Source: Oscillospiraceae bacterium (GTDB lineage: Bacteria; Bacillota; Clostridia; Oscillospirales; Oscillospiraceae). Taken from it: a stretch of 61,115 nt of DNA. The notes beneath the pieces are model-generated. The model did not search any database. It saw only the letters and a program-made list of their open reading frames with translations, and had not been told where the DNA came from. Positions 51,685 to 61,115 of this stretch are shown here, one piece after another (positions within the stretch are counted from its first letter, which is position 1; every line of letters starts with the position of its first letter). The DNA is taken from assembly GCA_045532145.1 (NCBI GenBank), contig JAZSFJ010000102.1, forward strand, positions 1 to 61,115. Reading direction: 5' to 3'. The position numbers were made by a program, and so were the translations under genes.

Positions 51685-52899
51685 ATGGAACAGAAGATTT
51701 TTTCGGTATCAGACCTTAATAACAGAATAAAGGGACTTTTGGACTCAGACCCTCTTTTGCAGAATGTCTGCGTTAAGGGCGAGCTTTCAAACTATAAGAT
51801 ATACCCCTCCGGCCACCATTATTTCACCTTGAAGGACGCTGACAGCTCTGTCCGCTGCGTTATGTTCAAGGGCAGTGCCATGAGGCTGCGTTTTCGCCCT
51901 GAAAACGGTATGGGCGTTCTGATTATAGGCCGTATAAGCGTTTATCCCAGAGACGGGGCTTATCAGCTCTACTGCTCCGATATGCGTATGGACGGACTTG
52001 GGGATCTCTATGTGGCCTTTGAGCAGCTTAAAGCAAAGCTCATGGCCGAGGGTCTTTTCGACAAGAGCCACAAAAAGCCCATTCCCCGCTTCCCGGAGCG
52101 CATAGCTTTGATAACCAGCGGAGCAGGCGCTGCAGTCCGGGATATGATAAGAGTCTCGGGCAAGCGCTGGCCCATGGCGAAAATAATCGTGATGCCCGTC
52201 CGCGTGCAGGGAGTGGAGGCTCCGGCCGAGATAAGGGGAGCCATAGCCTACGCCAACCGCCATCATGTGGCGGACCTTATTATTACGGGCCGTGGCGGCG
52301 GCAGCATAGAGGATCTGTGGGCCTTTAACGACGAGCGTGTGGCGAGGGCCATATATGAAAGCGAGATACCCGTTATCTCCGCTGTTGGCCATGAGCCTGA
52401 CGTTACCATTGCGGACTTCGTTGCTGACCTGAGAGCCGCCACACCCTCCAACGGAGCGGAGCTCGCCGTGCCCGACTCCGGCGAAATGAGCCAGTATCTG
52501 GACTCCCTTGAGATACGCTCCCGCCAGGCTCTTCGGAAGAAGCTGGAAGTATACAGACGCCGCCTTGAGGAGTTGTCCTCCAGACCTGTCATGAAAAGCC
52601 CCACCGGCTATATTGAGCTCAAGCGCATGGAGGCGGAAATGCTGCGAAACCGTCTGCTCTCGGCTCAGGAGGCACGTCTGGGCACTTTGCGCCGCAGCTA
52701 TATCGGCTATGCCGCCTCGCTGGACGCTCTCAGTCCGCTCAAGGTGCTTTCCAGAGGCTACGCCGTACCCAGTACAGAGGATGGCCGGGTGCTTAGAAGG
52801 GCAGAGGAAGCGGAGATTGGCCAGAGGATAGACCTCACCCTCTCCGACGGCGTGTTGCGTTGCCGGGTGGAGGATAAAGCGAAAGGAGACAATAAATGA
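51685..52899 (+). CDS. xseA: Exodeoxyribonuclease VII large subunit
   Basis: FSVSDLNNRIKGLLDSDPLLQNVCVKGELSNYK OB-fold N-terminus. 404 aa. Followed by xseB. Confidence 0.9.
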   Translation: MEQKIFSVSDLNNRIKGLLDSDPLLQNVCVKGELSNYKIYPSGHHYFTLKDADSSVRCVMFKGSAMRLRFRPENGMGVLIIGRISVYPRDGAYQLYCSDMRMDGLGDLYVAFEQLKAKLMAEGLFDKSHKKPIPRFPERIALITSGAGAAVRDMIRVSGKRWPMAKIIVMPVRVQGVEAPAEIRGAIAYANRHHVADLIITGRGGGSIEDLWAFNDERVARAIYESEIPVISAVGHEPDVTIADFVADLRAATPSNGAELAVPDSGEMSQYLDSLEIRSRQALRKKLEVYRRRLEELSSRPVMKSPTGYIELKRMEAEMLRNRLLSAQEARLGTLRRSYIGYAASLDALSPLKVLSRGYAVPSTEDGRVLRRAEEAEIGQRIDLTLSDGVLRCRVEDKAKGDNK

Positions 52900-53114
52900 T
52901 GAATTTTGAACAGTCCCTGAAACGACTTGACGAAATAGTGAAAAGCCTTGAAAAGGGAGATGTTTCCCTCTCCGAGTCCATGAACCTTTTTGAGGAGGGT
53001 ACAACTCTTATTAAAAACTGCGGAAAGCTGCTTGACGAGGCGGAGCAGAAGGTTGTCATGCTGAAAAAGGGAGCGGACGGAGAGCCTGTTGAGCTTCCCT
53101 TTGATGCCGAGTAA
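52896..53114 (+). CDS. xseB: Exodeoxyribonuclease VII small subunit
   Basis: 72 aa. FEQSLKRLDEIVKSLEKGDVSLSESMNLFEEG is typical of XseB. ATGA overlap with xseA. Confidence 0.9.
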   Translation: MMNFEQSLKRLDEIVKSLEKGDVSLSESMNLFEEGTTLIKNCGKLLDEAEQKVVMLKKGADGEPVELPFDAE

Positions 53115-53169
53115 GCGCATACTTTTCATGAATATTCACGAAATTGATTGAATATTTTCGTTATCAAAA

Positions 53170-53204
53170 ATGCCTGTGAATTGTTGTATTCACAGGCATT
53201 TTTT
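53170..53204. terminator. Rho-independent terminator after xseB
   Basis: Perfect 12-bp stem ATGCCTGTGAAT-tgttgt-ATTCACAGGCAT flanked by A5 and T5. Confidence 0.8.
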
Positions 53205-53253
53205 GATATTATAATATAATAAGCCCAATATGTATATTCATCGAGGTAATACG

Positions 53254-55110
53254 ATGTATAATATTTTGAATAAAATTCACTCCTCCGCCGATGTTCAGGC
53301 TCTCACAACGGAGGAACTTGAGGCCCTTTGCATAGAGCTGCGGGGGGCTATAATGGAAAACGTGTCAAAAACCGGCGGACACTTGGCCTCCAATCTGGGA
53401 GCCGTGGAGCTCACCGCTGCCATACACAGAGTTTATGACACGAGGCGGGACCGTCTTGTTTTCGATGTGGGCCACCAGTGCTATGCCCATAAGATGCTCA
53501 GCGGCAGACTGGATAAATTCGGCTCGCTTCGTAAGTTCGAGGGCATATCCGGCTTCCCCAGACCTTGGGAATCCCCGGATGACGCCTGCGTGGCCGGCCA
53601 CGCTTCCACCTCTATATCCAACGCTCTTGGAATGGCCAGAGCCCGTACCATACTTGGGGAGGACTACGATGTTGTGGCCGTCATTGGTGACGGCGCTCTC
53701 ACCGGCGGTCTTGCCTACGAGGGCCTTGCCGACTGCGGAGAGAGTGGGGAGCCTATAGTCATCATTCTTAACGACAATGAGATGAGCATAGACCGCAATG
53801 TGGGAGGTATGGCCCGCCTCCTTGCCAGACAGAGGGTGAGGGGCAGCTATATCGCTTTTAAGAAGCTTTACCGCCGAATAGTCGCCCGCTGCGGTCCCCT
53901 TTACAGGCTGCTGCATCACTTCAAGGAGTGGGTTAAGGATATTTTTCTGCCTGACAATATGTTCGAGAATATGGGATTTTACTATCTTGGCCCCATTGAC
54001 GGCCACGATATGAAAACCCTCGTCCGAACCCTTCGCTATGCCCGGGAGCTTAGAGTTCCCACCATTGTCCATGTGCTGACGGTGAAGGGGAAGGGCTATG
54101 AGATGGCGGAGTCAGCCCCCGAAAAATATCACGGCGTAGGCTCCTTCGACCCCGTCTGCGGCATAGAGGGGGAGAATAAGCCATGCTTCTCTACTGTTTT
54201 TGGCTCGGCAATCTCCGAAATGGCGGAAAAGGACGAGAGTATAGTGGGCATAACCGCGGCTATGGTCAGCGGCACTGGAATGGACGGCTTTGCCCGCCGT
54301 TTTCCAAAGCGTTTTTATGATGTTGGCATAGCCGAGGGCCATGCTGTCAGTATGGCCGCAGGTATGGCGAAGCAGGGGCTGAAGCCCGTCTTTGCAGTTT
54401 ATTCCACCTTTTTGCAGCGCTCTTACGATATGCTTATCCATGATGTGGGTCTGGACGGACTCCACGTGGTGCTGGGAGTGGACAGAAGCGGAATTGTTGG
54501 AGCGGACGGAGAGACCCATCAGGGTGTGTTCGGCACCGGCTATCTCTGCCAGATACCCGGCATGGCAGTTTTTGCCCCCGCCAGCTATGCTGAGCTTCGC
54601 AGTATGCTTGCCGAGGCCATGGCTCTGGATGGTCCCGCTGCACTTTGCTACCCCAGAGGCGCGGAAGGGGAATATAGGGCCGATAATTCCGGGGCCGATG
54701 AATGCATCCTCCGGGAGGGCGGGGACGCCACTATAGTCACTTACGGCATAATGGTCAACGAGGCCCTTGCTGCCGCTGCTATATTGGCAGAGAGAGGCAT
54801 AGAGGCGGAGGTAATTAAGCTCTCCCGTCTTGACAAAGCCGATTACCCCCAGATTTATAAATCTGCGGAGAAGACGGGAAAAATTGTCATTGCCGAGGAA
54901 TCCGCCCGCAGGGGCAGTGTGGGCACAAGGATAATGGCCGGACTTCTTCGGGCAGGCGTGACTGTCAATAATGCCCGTGGGCTTGACCTTGGCAGCGGCA
55001 TAGTTGAACACGGCAGCGTACCCGAGCTGCGGAAAAAATACGGCATTGATGCCGAAAGCATTGCGGAACTGATTATGGAGTGGATAAAAAATGAAAAAAG
55101 TAAGGCTTGA
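53254..55110 (+). CDS. dxs: 1-deoxy-D-xylulose-5-phosphate synthase
   Basis: GGHLASNLGAVELT, GDGALTGG (TPP motif) and FDVGIAEGHAV. Start at ATG 53254 (MYNILNKI, GAGGT RBS). Confidence 0.92.
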   Translation: MYNILNKIHSSADVQALTTEELEALCIELRGAIMENVSKTGGHLASNLGAVELTAAIHRVYDTRRDRLVFDVGHQCYAHKMLSGRLDKFGSLRKFEGISGFPRPWESPDDACVAGHASTSISNALGMARARTILGEDYDVVAVIGDGALTGGLAYEGLADCGESGEPIVIILNDNEMSIDRNVGGMARLLARQRVRGSYIAFKKLYRRIVARCGPLYRLLHHFKEWVKDIFLPDNMFENMGFYYLGPIDGHDMKTLVRTLRYARELRVPTIVHVLTVKGKGYEMAESAPEKYHGVGSFDPVCGIEGENKPCFSTVFGSAISEMAEKDESIVGITAAMVSGTGMDGFARRFPKRFYDVGIAEGHAVSMAAGMAKQGLKPVFAVYSTFLQRSYDMLIHDVGLDGLHVVLGVDRSGIVGADGETHQGVFGTGYLCQIPGMAVFAPASYAELRSMLAEAMALDGPAALCYPRGAEGEYRADNSGADECILREGGDATIVTYGIMVNEALAAAAILAERGIEAEVIKLSRLDKADYPQIYKSAEKTGKIVIAEESARRGSVGTRIMAGLLRAGVTVNNARGLDLGSGIVEHGSVPELRKKYGIDAESIAELIMEWIKNEKSKA

Positions 55111-55900
55111 TCAGCTGATTTTTGATATGGGCTTCGTGCCCAGCAGGGAGCGTGCAAAAACCACCATTATGGCGGGAAATGTCTTTGTGGACGGCCAGAG
55201 GGTGGATAAGCCCGGCACCGCAGTTGACCCGGAAAAGAAGATTGAGGTGAGAGGAGAGGCTCTTCCCTATGTGTCCCGTGGAGGACTGAAGCTTGAGAAA
55301 GCTTTGAAGGTTTTCCCTGTGGATCCCACCGGCTGCGTCTGCATAGACTGCGGCGCATCCACCGGCGGCTTCACCGATGTTCTTTTGCAAAACGGGGCAA
55401 GTAAGGTTTATGCCGTTGACGTTGGCTACGGCCAGCTTGCATGGAAGCTTCGCAGCGATGAGAGAGTCATCAACATGGAGCGTACAAATGTGCGCTATAT
55501 CACCGATGAACAGATTCCCGAAAAGCTGGATCTTGCGGTTATGGACCTTGCATTCATCTCCATTGAGCTGGTCATCCCCGCTGTAAGGGAGCTTTTGCGG
55601 GAAAACGGCGATATTCTCTGCCTCATAAAGCCACAGTTTGAGGCGGGCAGGGAAAAAGTGGGCAAAAAGGGCGTTGTCCGTGAGCCCTCCGTTCATCTGG
55701 AGGTGCTGCAGCGCTTCATGGCCTTTGTGCCTGAGGCCGGCTTCACCCTCATGGGCCTGAGCTTTTCTCCCATCCGCGGACCCGAGGGTAATATTGAGTA
55801 TCTGGGCTGGCTGAAAAAAGGTGAGCATGAGGCTCCGGTAATTGACCCTGCCCCCATCGTAGAGGCTTCCCACAGCTCTTTCAAGGAGGGGAAGGCATGA
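55091..55900 (+). CDS. tlyA: TlyA-family rRNA (cytidine-2'-O)-methyltransferase
   Basis: S4 domain (RLDQLI...SRERAKTTIMAGNVFVDG) plus FtsJ-like GCVCIDCGASTGGFTD. 20-nt overlap with dxs. Confidence 0.85.
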   Translation: MKKVRLDQLIFDMGFVPSRERAKTTIMAGNVFVDGQRVDKPGTAVDPEKKIEVRGEALPYVSRGGLKLEKALKVFPVDPTGCVCIDCGASTGGFTDVLLQNGASKVYAVDVGYGQLAWKLRSDERVINMERTNVRYITDEQIPEKLDLAVMDLAFISIELVIPAVRELLRENGDILCLIKPQFEAGREKVGKKGVVREPSVHLEVLQRFMAFVPEAGFTLMGLSFSPIRGPEGNIEYLGWLKKGEHEAPVIDPAPIVEASHSSFKEGKA

Positions 55901-56754
55901 AAAGAAAGGTTGTCCTCTGCCCCAATCCCTATAAGGACAGAGAGCTTGAAGTCACCCTTGAGGCCCGCCAGCTTTTGCTGCAGGCGGGAGTGGAGGTTGA
56001 TATAAGTCCCGAGTTTTTGGGTGACGAGGGTATAAGCCTGCCCGACGGACTTGTCTATAAGGAACTGGACGAGGCCCTTGAGGGGGCAGTGCTTGTGGTT
56101 TCTCTGGGGGGCGACGGTACCATTATGCACACAGCCCGGCGCATGGTGGGCCACAGAGTGCCCATAATCGGCGTTAATCTTGGCAGTGTGGGATTCCTTT
56201 CCGAGCTTGACAGAAGCGACATTGGCCGTCTTGTGACCGCGGCTCAGGGCAACTTCATACCAAGTCCCCGTATGATGCTCAAGGTGGAGCTTGTGAGAAG
56301 GGGAGAGGTGGTATATTCCAGCTACGCCCTCAACGATGCCACTGTCCACGGCGTTATGCAGATTATCCACGTTGTTGCCTGCGGTGACGGCAGACGCATA
56401 CTTGAATTCAACGGCGACGGTATAGTTGTGTCTTCTCCCACTGGTTCTTCTGCCTACTCCATGTCCGCCGGCGGACCCCTTGTTGAGCCCACGGTGGAGA
56501 ATATAATCCTGACCCCCATTTGCCCCCATGCACTTCTGGCCCGCAGCTGTGTTCTGGCTCCCGACAGGGTAGTGACCATAGAGCTCAGCCGCCTGAGAGG
56601 CAGAGCAATGCTCTCCGTTGACGGCGTTGACCTGAATATAGAGGAGGGGGACACCGTGAGGGTGAAAAAATCCGGCTACCAGACCATGCTCGCGCACGTT
56701 GGCTCGAAGAGCTTTTACGATATAGTATTTGAGAAGTTGGGTGATACGAAATGA
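55897..56754 (+). CDS. nadK: NAD+ kinase
   Basis: GGDGTIMH motif and SSPTGSSAYSMSAGGP. Confidence 0.9.
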   Translation: MKRKVVLCPNPYKDRELEVTLEARQLLLQAGVEVDISPEFLGDEGISLPDGLVYKELDEALEGAVLVVSLGGDGTIMHTARRMVGHRVPIIGVNLGSVGFLSELDRSDIGRLVTAAQGNFIPSPRMMLKVELVRRGEVVYSSYALNDATVHGVMQIIHVVACGDGRRILEFNGDGIVVSSPTGSSAYSMSAGGPLVEPTVENIILTPICPHALLARSCVLAPDRVVTIELSRLRGRAMLSVDGVDLNIEEGDTVRVKKSGYQTMLAHVGSKSFYDIVFEKLGDTK

Positions 56755-57200
56755 AGTCATTGAGGCAGCAAAAAATAGTAGAGATCATCAGCAAAAGAAA
56801 TATCGAGACCCAGAACCAGCTTATGACAGCACTTTTGGCGGAGGGCATAAAGAGCACTCAGGCCACCCTTTCCCGTGATATCCGGGACCTCCATCTTGTA
56901 AAGGAGCTTACCGGTGATGGCAGCTATCGCTATGTTCTGGGCTCCCGGGACGGCGTTTCCGACTTTGACCAGAGACTCAAAAAAATATTCCGGGAAAGCG
57001 TTGTGGACTACGCTGTGGCCCAGAATATTATCGTCATAAAGACCCTTCCCGGCCTTGCCAACGCCGCCTGCTCCGCTCTGGATAACATGGAGATATATAA
57101 TCTGGTTGGCTCCATTGCCGGAGACGACACTGCCTTTCTGGCCATGAAGGACAATGCCTCTGCGGAGCTTTTCTCCAAGGAGATAGAAAGCCTGCTTTAA
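56751..57200 (+). CDS. argR: Arginine repressor
   Basis: RQQKIVEIISKRNIETQNQLMTALLAEGIKSTQATLSRDIRDL; C-terminal GSIAGDDT. Confidence 0.9.
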   Translation: MKSLRQQKIVEIISKRNIETQNQLMTALLAEGIKSTQATLSRDIRDLHLVKELTGDGSYRYVLGSRDGVSDFDQRLKKIFRESVVDYAVAQNIIVIKTLPGLANAACSALDNMEIYNLVGSIAGDDTAFLAMKDNASAELFSKEIESLL

Positions 57201-57215
57201 TACGGGGAGTAGAAT

Positions 57216-58898
57216 ATGCTTAGCAGTCTTCATATTGAAAATATTGCAGTTATAGAGCGGGCCGATGTTGAATTCGGCTCCGGCTTCAACGTCCTCACCG
57301 GCGAGACCGGCGCGGGCAAAAGTATGATAATAGACTCTCTGGACGCCGTTTTGGGCGGCAGGGCAAGCAGGGAAATAGTGCGCCACGGAGCTGACAAAGC
57401 CCTTGTCAGCGCTGTGTTCACCTGCCCCGAAGCAGATGCCTGGCTTGAGGACAATGATATTGACACCGGGGAGGAGATAATCATCCAGCGGCGCATATCC
57501 GCCGAGGGTAAAAGCTCCTGCCGGGTAAACGGAATGCCCGTTACCGTGCAGCAGCTGCGCTCTCTGGGCTCTCTGCTTTTGGACATCCACGGCCAGAATG
57601 ACGGACGCCAGCTCCTGGACGAGGCCAGGCATCTTTCCTATCTGGATTCCTTCGGCGGCCTCTCCCAACTGAAAGCCGACTACTCTGAGAGCTACAGAGC
57701 ATGGCGTGAGGTGCACAAGGAGATGGAGCGCCTTTCCATGGATGAGCTTGAAAAGGCCCGCCTTACTGAAAATCTCCGCTACCAGATAGACGAGATAGAA
57801 GCTGCGGACCTTCGCGTTGGCGAGGAGGACGAGCTCACCGAGCGCCGGAATCTTATGAAAAATTCGGGCAAGCTCACCGAGGCTCTGGACGCTGCATACG
57901 AGGCCCTCTATAGCGGCTGTGAGAGCGCAATATCCCTGGCCTCCGATGCGGAGGACTGTGTCAGCCATGCTTCCGGCTACGCTTCGGAGCTTGGAGATAC
58001 ATTGAAAATAATATCCGACGCCCGCTTTATGCTGGAAGATGCCGCAGAGCGCATATCCGATATGCGGGGTGCGCTGGACTTCTCCCCGGAGGAATATGAC
58101 GCCATAGAGTCCCGTCTCTCTCTCCTGCGCCGCCTTGAGAGAAAGTACGGCATCGATGAGGCAGCCATTCTGGCCCATCTGGAGTCATGCCGCAGCCGCC
58201 TTGAGGAAATCGAGTTCGCGGGGGATATGCTTCTCCGTCTTGAAAAAGACAGCGAAAAGTTGGTGAAGGAGATACTGAAAAAGGGCGCTGCCCTCACAAA
58301 GGCACGTAAAGAGGCTGCCGCAAGGCTTTCTCAGCGGGTGGAAAGCGAGCTTAAATATCTCAGTATGCCCTCTGTACGTTTTGTGGCAAAGGTTGAGCCC
58401 ATTGGCGAGAGCCGTGGTTTTGGCAGCACCGGCTGTGACGATGTTAAATTCTATATGTCCGCCAATGCCGGGGAGGAGCCGGGACGCATTTCCCGCATTG
58501 CCTCCGGCGGTGAGCTCAGCCGCATCATGCTGGCCATGAAGGGCGTTCTGGCTGAGGGAGACAAGGTTGAGAGCCTTGTTTTCGACGAGATAGACACCGG
58601 CGTTTCCGGTATAGCCGCCCAGCGTGTTGGTGAAAAAATAGGCCAGATGAGCGGCACCAAGCAGGTCATCTGCATAACCCATCTGCCCCAGATAGCCGCC
58701 ATGGCTGACACTCATTTCAGCATCCGCAAGGATGAAAAGGAAGGACGCACCTATACAAGCGTCACCGAACTTGACCGTCAGGGCAGACTTCATGAGCTTG
58801 CCCGCCTTTACGGAGGCGACATTATAACTGAGCTGACCCTGCAAAGCGCAGAGGAGCAGCTGAAAGCCGCAGAAGAATTCAAGACAAAGCAAAGGTGA
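57216..58898 (+). CDS. recN: DNA repair protein RecN
   Basis: LHIENIAVIERADVEFGSGFNVLTGETGAGKSMIIDSL N-terminus. C-terminal SGGELSRIMLA signature. 560 aa. Confidence 0.93.
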   Translation: MLSSLHIENIAVIERADVEFGSGFNVLTGETGAGKSMIIDSLDAVLGGRASREIVRHGADKALVSAVFTCPEADAWLEDNDIDTGEEIIIQRRISAEGKSSCRVNGMPVTVQQLRSLGSLLLDIHGQNDGRQLLDEARHLSYLDSFGGLSQLKADYSESYRAWREVHKEMERLSMDELEKARLTENLRYQIDEIEAADLRVGEEDELTERRNLMKNSGKLTEALDAAYEALYSGCESAISLASDAEDCVSHASGYASELGDTLKIISDARFMLEDAAERISDMRGALDFSPEEYDAIESRLSLLRRLERKYGIDEAAILAHLESCRSRLEEIEFAGDMLLRLEKDSEKLVKEILKKGAALTKARKEAAARLSQRVESELKYLSMPSVRFVAKVEPIGESRGFGSTGCDDVKFYMSANAGEEPGRISRIASGGELSRIMLAMKGVLAEGDKVESLVFDEIDTGVSGIAAQRVGEKIGQMSGTKQVICITHLPQIAAMADTHFSIRKDEKEGRTYTSVTELDRQGRLHELARLYGGDIITELTLQSAEEQLKAAEEFKTKQR

Positions 58899-58905
58899 AG
58901 CAGTT

Positions 58906-60285
58906 TTGACCAAGACCAAAACATGGGGTACGGATTTTACCAGCGGGCCAATAATGCCCATGCTTCTGAGATTCTTTCTGCCCTTTCTTCTGGCAAATGC
59001 CCTCAATAATCTCTATAACACCGTTGATACAATTATCATAGGCCATTTCCTTGGCAGCTATGGCATTGTGGCTGTGAGTATGGGCGGCAAGATGCTTAAC
59101 CTCTACACCATAATCAGCACATCCCTTGCCGCTGCCGGACAGGTGCTCATTTCCCAGCACATCGGTGCCGGGGAGCGCCATGAGCTCAATCCCACCATAG
59201 GCAATCTTTTTACAGAGCTTTTCGGTCTCTCGGTGATTTTCGCTGTGCTTACCTTCATCTTCGGCGAAGAGCTGCTTAGACTTATCAATACTCCGGAGGA
59301 ATCCCTTGCTCCGGCTTTGAGCTATCTCAGGATAACCAGCGTAGGATTGCCCCTCATTTTCGGCTATAACGCAGTGAGCTCTGTGCTCCGCGCCATGGGC
59401 GACAGCAAAAGCCCTCTTATGTTCATAGCCATAGCCACCGTGCTGAACACTGTTCTGGACATCCTTTTCATCGTAGTCTTTGACATGGGCGTTGCGGGCA
59501 CAGCACTTGCAACCATCATAGGTCAGGGCCTTTCCCTTGTGTTTTCACTTAGTTTGCTCTATCGACGCCGGGAGCATTTCGGCTTTGATTTCCGTCTCAG
59601 CTCTTTTAAGATACAGTGGCGTAGACTGGGACTGCTGTTGAAACTGGGGCTGCCTCTTTCCATGCGAGGCGTGTTCATTATCGGTACCCAGTTCTATATG
59701 CTCAGCTTTATTAATTCCTACGGCGTGGCTGCGGCCGCTGCCTATAATGTCAGCGACAAGATATATCATCTTGCCAATATATTTTCCATTTCCGTACGTG
59801 AGGCCTCGGGCACCATCGTTGCTCAGAATATAGGCGCAGAGCGGCTGGACCGGGTAAAGGAAACCGTGAGAAGTGTTGCCATAGTGTCTTTCTCTGCGGC
59901 AACGGTTATGGCCCTTGCATCTGTGCTGTTCCCGAATTTTATCTTCTCCCTCTTTACCTCTGACCCGGAGGTTCTCTCTCAGGCGCGGGTGTTTATGCTT
60001 ATCTGCTGCATAATTTATTTCCTCTCCGCCGCCATTGCCCCTTATGAGGGCGTGGTTTCCGGCACAGGCAATGCCAAGCTGGGCTTCTTGGGAGGAATGC
60101 TGGACGGCGTTGTGTTCCGTGTGGGCTTTTGTATGCTCTTTGGTCTCGCTCTTGGTATGGGGGCAAAGGGTTTCTTTTTGGGCGATGCCCTTGCCAGAAC
60201 GGGTATAGTGCTGGTGGAAGCGATTTATTATCACTCCGGCAAATGGAAAAGCTACAGAATTCTGCCTAAAGCAAAAGGAGTATAA
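58906..60285 (+). CDS. MATE-family efflux transporter
   Basis: GPIMPMLLRFFLPFLLANALNNLYNTVDTIIIGHF N-terminus, 12 TM. TTG start with AAGGTGA upstream. Confidence 0.85.
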   Translation: MTKTKTWGTDFTSGPIMPMLLRFFLPFLLANALNNLYNTVDTIIIGHFLGSYGIVAVSMGGKMLNLYTIISTSLAAAGQVLISQHIGAGERHELNPTIGNLFTELFGLSVIFAVLTFIFGEELLRLINTPEESLAPALSYLRITSVGLPLIFGYNAVSSVLRAMGDSKSPLMFIAIATVLNTVLDILFIVVFDMGVAGTALATIIGQGLSLVFSLSLLYRRREHFGFDFRLSSFKIQWRRLGLLLKLGLPLSMRGVFIIGTQFYMLSFINSYGVAAAAAYNVSDKIYHLANIFSISVREASGTIVAQNIGAERLDRVKETVRSVAIVSFSAATVMALASVLFPNFIFSLFTSDPEVLSQARVFMLICCIIYFLSAAIAPYEGVVSGTGNAKLGFLGGMLDGVVFRVGFCMLFGLALGMGAKGFFLGDALARTGIVLVEAIYYHSGKWKSYRILPKAKGV

Positions 60286-60287
60286 AT

Positions 60288-61052
60288 ATGTTTTCTGTTA
60301 TGGAAGTAAAACGGGACGCAAGAGGCGCCATCCGCGCTGCTATCGGATCCGTTATTTTGGTCAGCTTTGTCTATGTGCTCATTACCGAGCTGCTTGCTTA
60401 CCTTAGCGCCAAAGTTTTATACGGCGATTTTGATATGATGGGCGCTATAGAACTTATGCTAAAAGGTGAGATTGTTGAGCTTCCCCAAGCGAGCGCTTAT
60501 GGAGAACTCCTTGACATGGCGATGACGGTCATGAATTATGTGATCGCAGTGGGATTTGCCTATGTTGCTCTCCTCATTAGCCGCCGCCAAAAGGCAGGCG
60601 TTGGGGAATTGTTCGATGTTTTCACGATTTTCCTGAGAGCCCTCTGCCTTGTAGTGCTGCAGAATATATTTATCGCTCTTTGGTCCATGCTCTTTATTAT
60701 CCCCGGTATCATTGCCGCCTACCGTTACTCCATGGCTGTGTTTATAATGCTGGAGAGACCGGAGCTGAGCATTATGGATTGCTTAAGAGAGAGTAAGGAA
60801 ATGACCAGAGGCTTTAAGGGAAAGCTGTTCCTTCTGGATCTGAGCTTCATCCTTTGGCAGCTGGCAAACATTGCGGTGGGATATATTTTTATGGGTAATC
60901 CTATTGTTACCTATGTATGCAGCGGACTTATCAGTGTGGTATATATGCCCTACTACCATGTCAGTCTTGCCAATGTGTACAATATCCTCTCCTGCTGGAA
61001 GCCTCAGCCCGAAGCTGAGCCCATTCAGGACCGCGACGAGCCGATTGAGTAA
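60288..61052 (+). CDS. DUF975-family integral membrane protein (second copy)
   Basis: IPGIIAAYRYSM...ESKEMTRGFKGKLFLLDLSFILW. Paralog of 4268-5029. Confidence 0.7.
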   Translation: MFSVMEVKRDARGAIRAAIGSVILVSFVYVLITELLAYLSAKVLYGDFDMMGAIELMLKGEIVELPQASAYGELLDMAMTVMNYVIAVGFAYVALLISRRQKAGVGELFDVFTIFLRALCLVVLQNIFIALWSMLFIIPGIIAAYRYSMAVFIMLERPELSIMDCLRESKEMTRGFKGKLFLLDLSFILWQLANIAVGYIFMGNPIVTYVCSGLISVVYMPYYHVSLANVYNILSCWKPQPEAEPIQDRDEPIE

Positions 61053-61058
61053 ATTAGA

Positions 61059-61080
61059 ACGACTATATAACGACTATATA
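61059..61080. repeat. Perfect 11-bp tandem duplication ACGACTATATA x2
   Basis: Followed by the related CAGTATATACAG. Lies immediately after the DUF975 stop, at the window edge. Confidence 0.6.
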
Positions 61081-61115
61081 CAGTATATACAGAAAAATCC
61101 CGATTCAACTTTATC

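Noticed and set aside
51787-58178. Minus-strand ORFs 51787-53004 (405 aa), 54112-55011, 55073-55873, 55693-56760 and 56757-58178 (473 aa)
   Set aside because: They lie antisense to xseA/xseB, dxs, tlyA, nadK, argR and recN, all of which are securely identified on the + strand.
1-61115. Prophage, integrative element, transposon, tRNA or rRNA genes
   Set aside because: No integrase, recombinase, transposase or phage structural motif appears in any ORF. I noticed no tRNA-like T-loop (GGTTCGAATCC-type) and no rRNA-like stretch in the intergenic regions.

Overview
61.1-kb chromosomal segment of a moderately GC-rich, endospore-forming Firmicute. It looks Clostridia-like, judging from spoIIIA/spoIIID and the spoIIIA-asp23-nusB-xseAB-dxs-tlyA-nadK-argR-recN gene order. 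I call about 57 protein-coding genes and one pseudogene remnant. I recognise no rRNA, tRNA, CRISPR array, integrase or transposase. Gene order, left to right: polysaccharide-deacetylase remnant; BlaI/BlaR1(M56)-type pair divergent from a membrane-anchored XRE regulator; DUF975; GH43-araA-kinase-araD and rhaBAD operons (+). Then a convergent minus-strand glycoside-utilisation operon (CUT2-type ABC transporter, MBL-fold hydrolase, GH2, GH3) with a divergent AraC-type regulator. Then cation/H+ antiporter; Mrr-like nuclease plus ICMT-like membrane methyltransferase; NSS transporter; YczE-like protein; spoIIID; paaK-ACT, lysR, iorAB; heterodimeric ABC exporter. Then spoIIIAA-AB, a 3-gene opposite-strand envelope-glycan cassette, spoIIIAC-AH; PadR-DUF2812; asp23-nusB-xseAB-dxs-tlyA-nadK-argR-recN; MATE; a second DUF975. 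Most notable observations: (1) the normally contiguous spoIIIA operon is split by an opposite-strand cassette encoding a phosphodiester-glycosidase-like protein, an unknown membrane protein and a GT2::GtrA fusion; (2) two noncoding islands (33.58-33.86 kb and 50.40-50.79 kb) share a family of GC-rich hairpin repeats; (3) an Mrr-like nuclease is translationally coupled to an ICMT-like methyltransferase; (4) an M56 BlaR1-like protein carries an unrecognised sensor domain, with paired palindromic operators nearby. All functional calls come from motif recognition by eye in the supplied ORF translations; no searches were run. Coordinates of non-ORF features were hand-counted and may be off by 1-2 nt.
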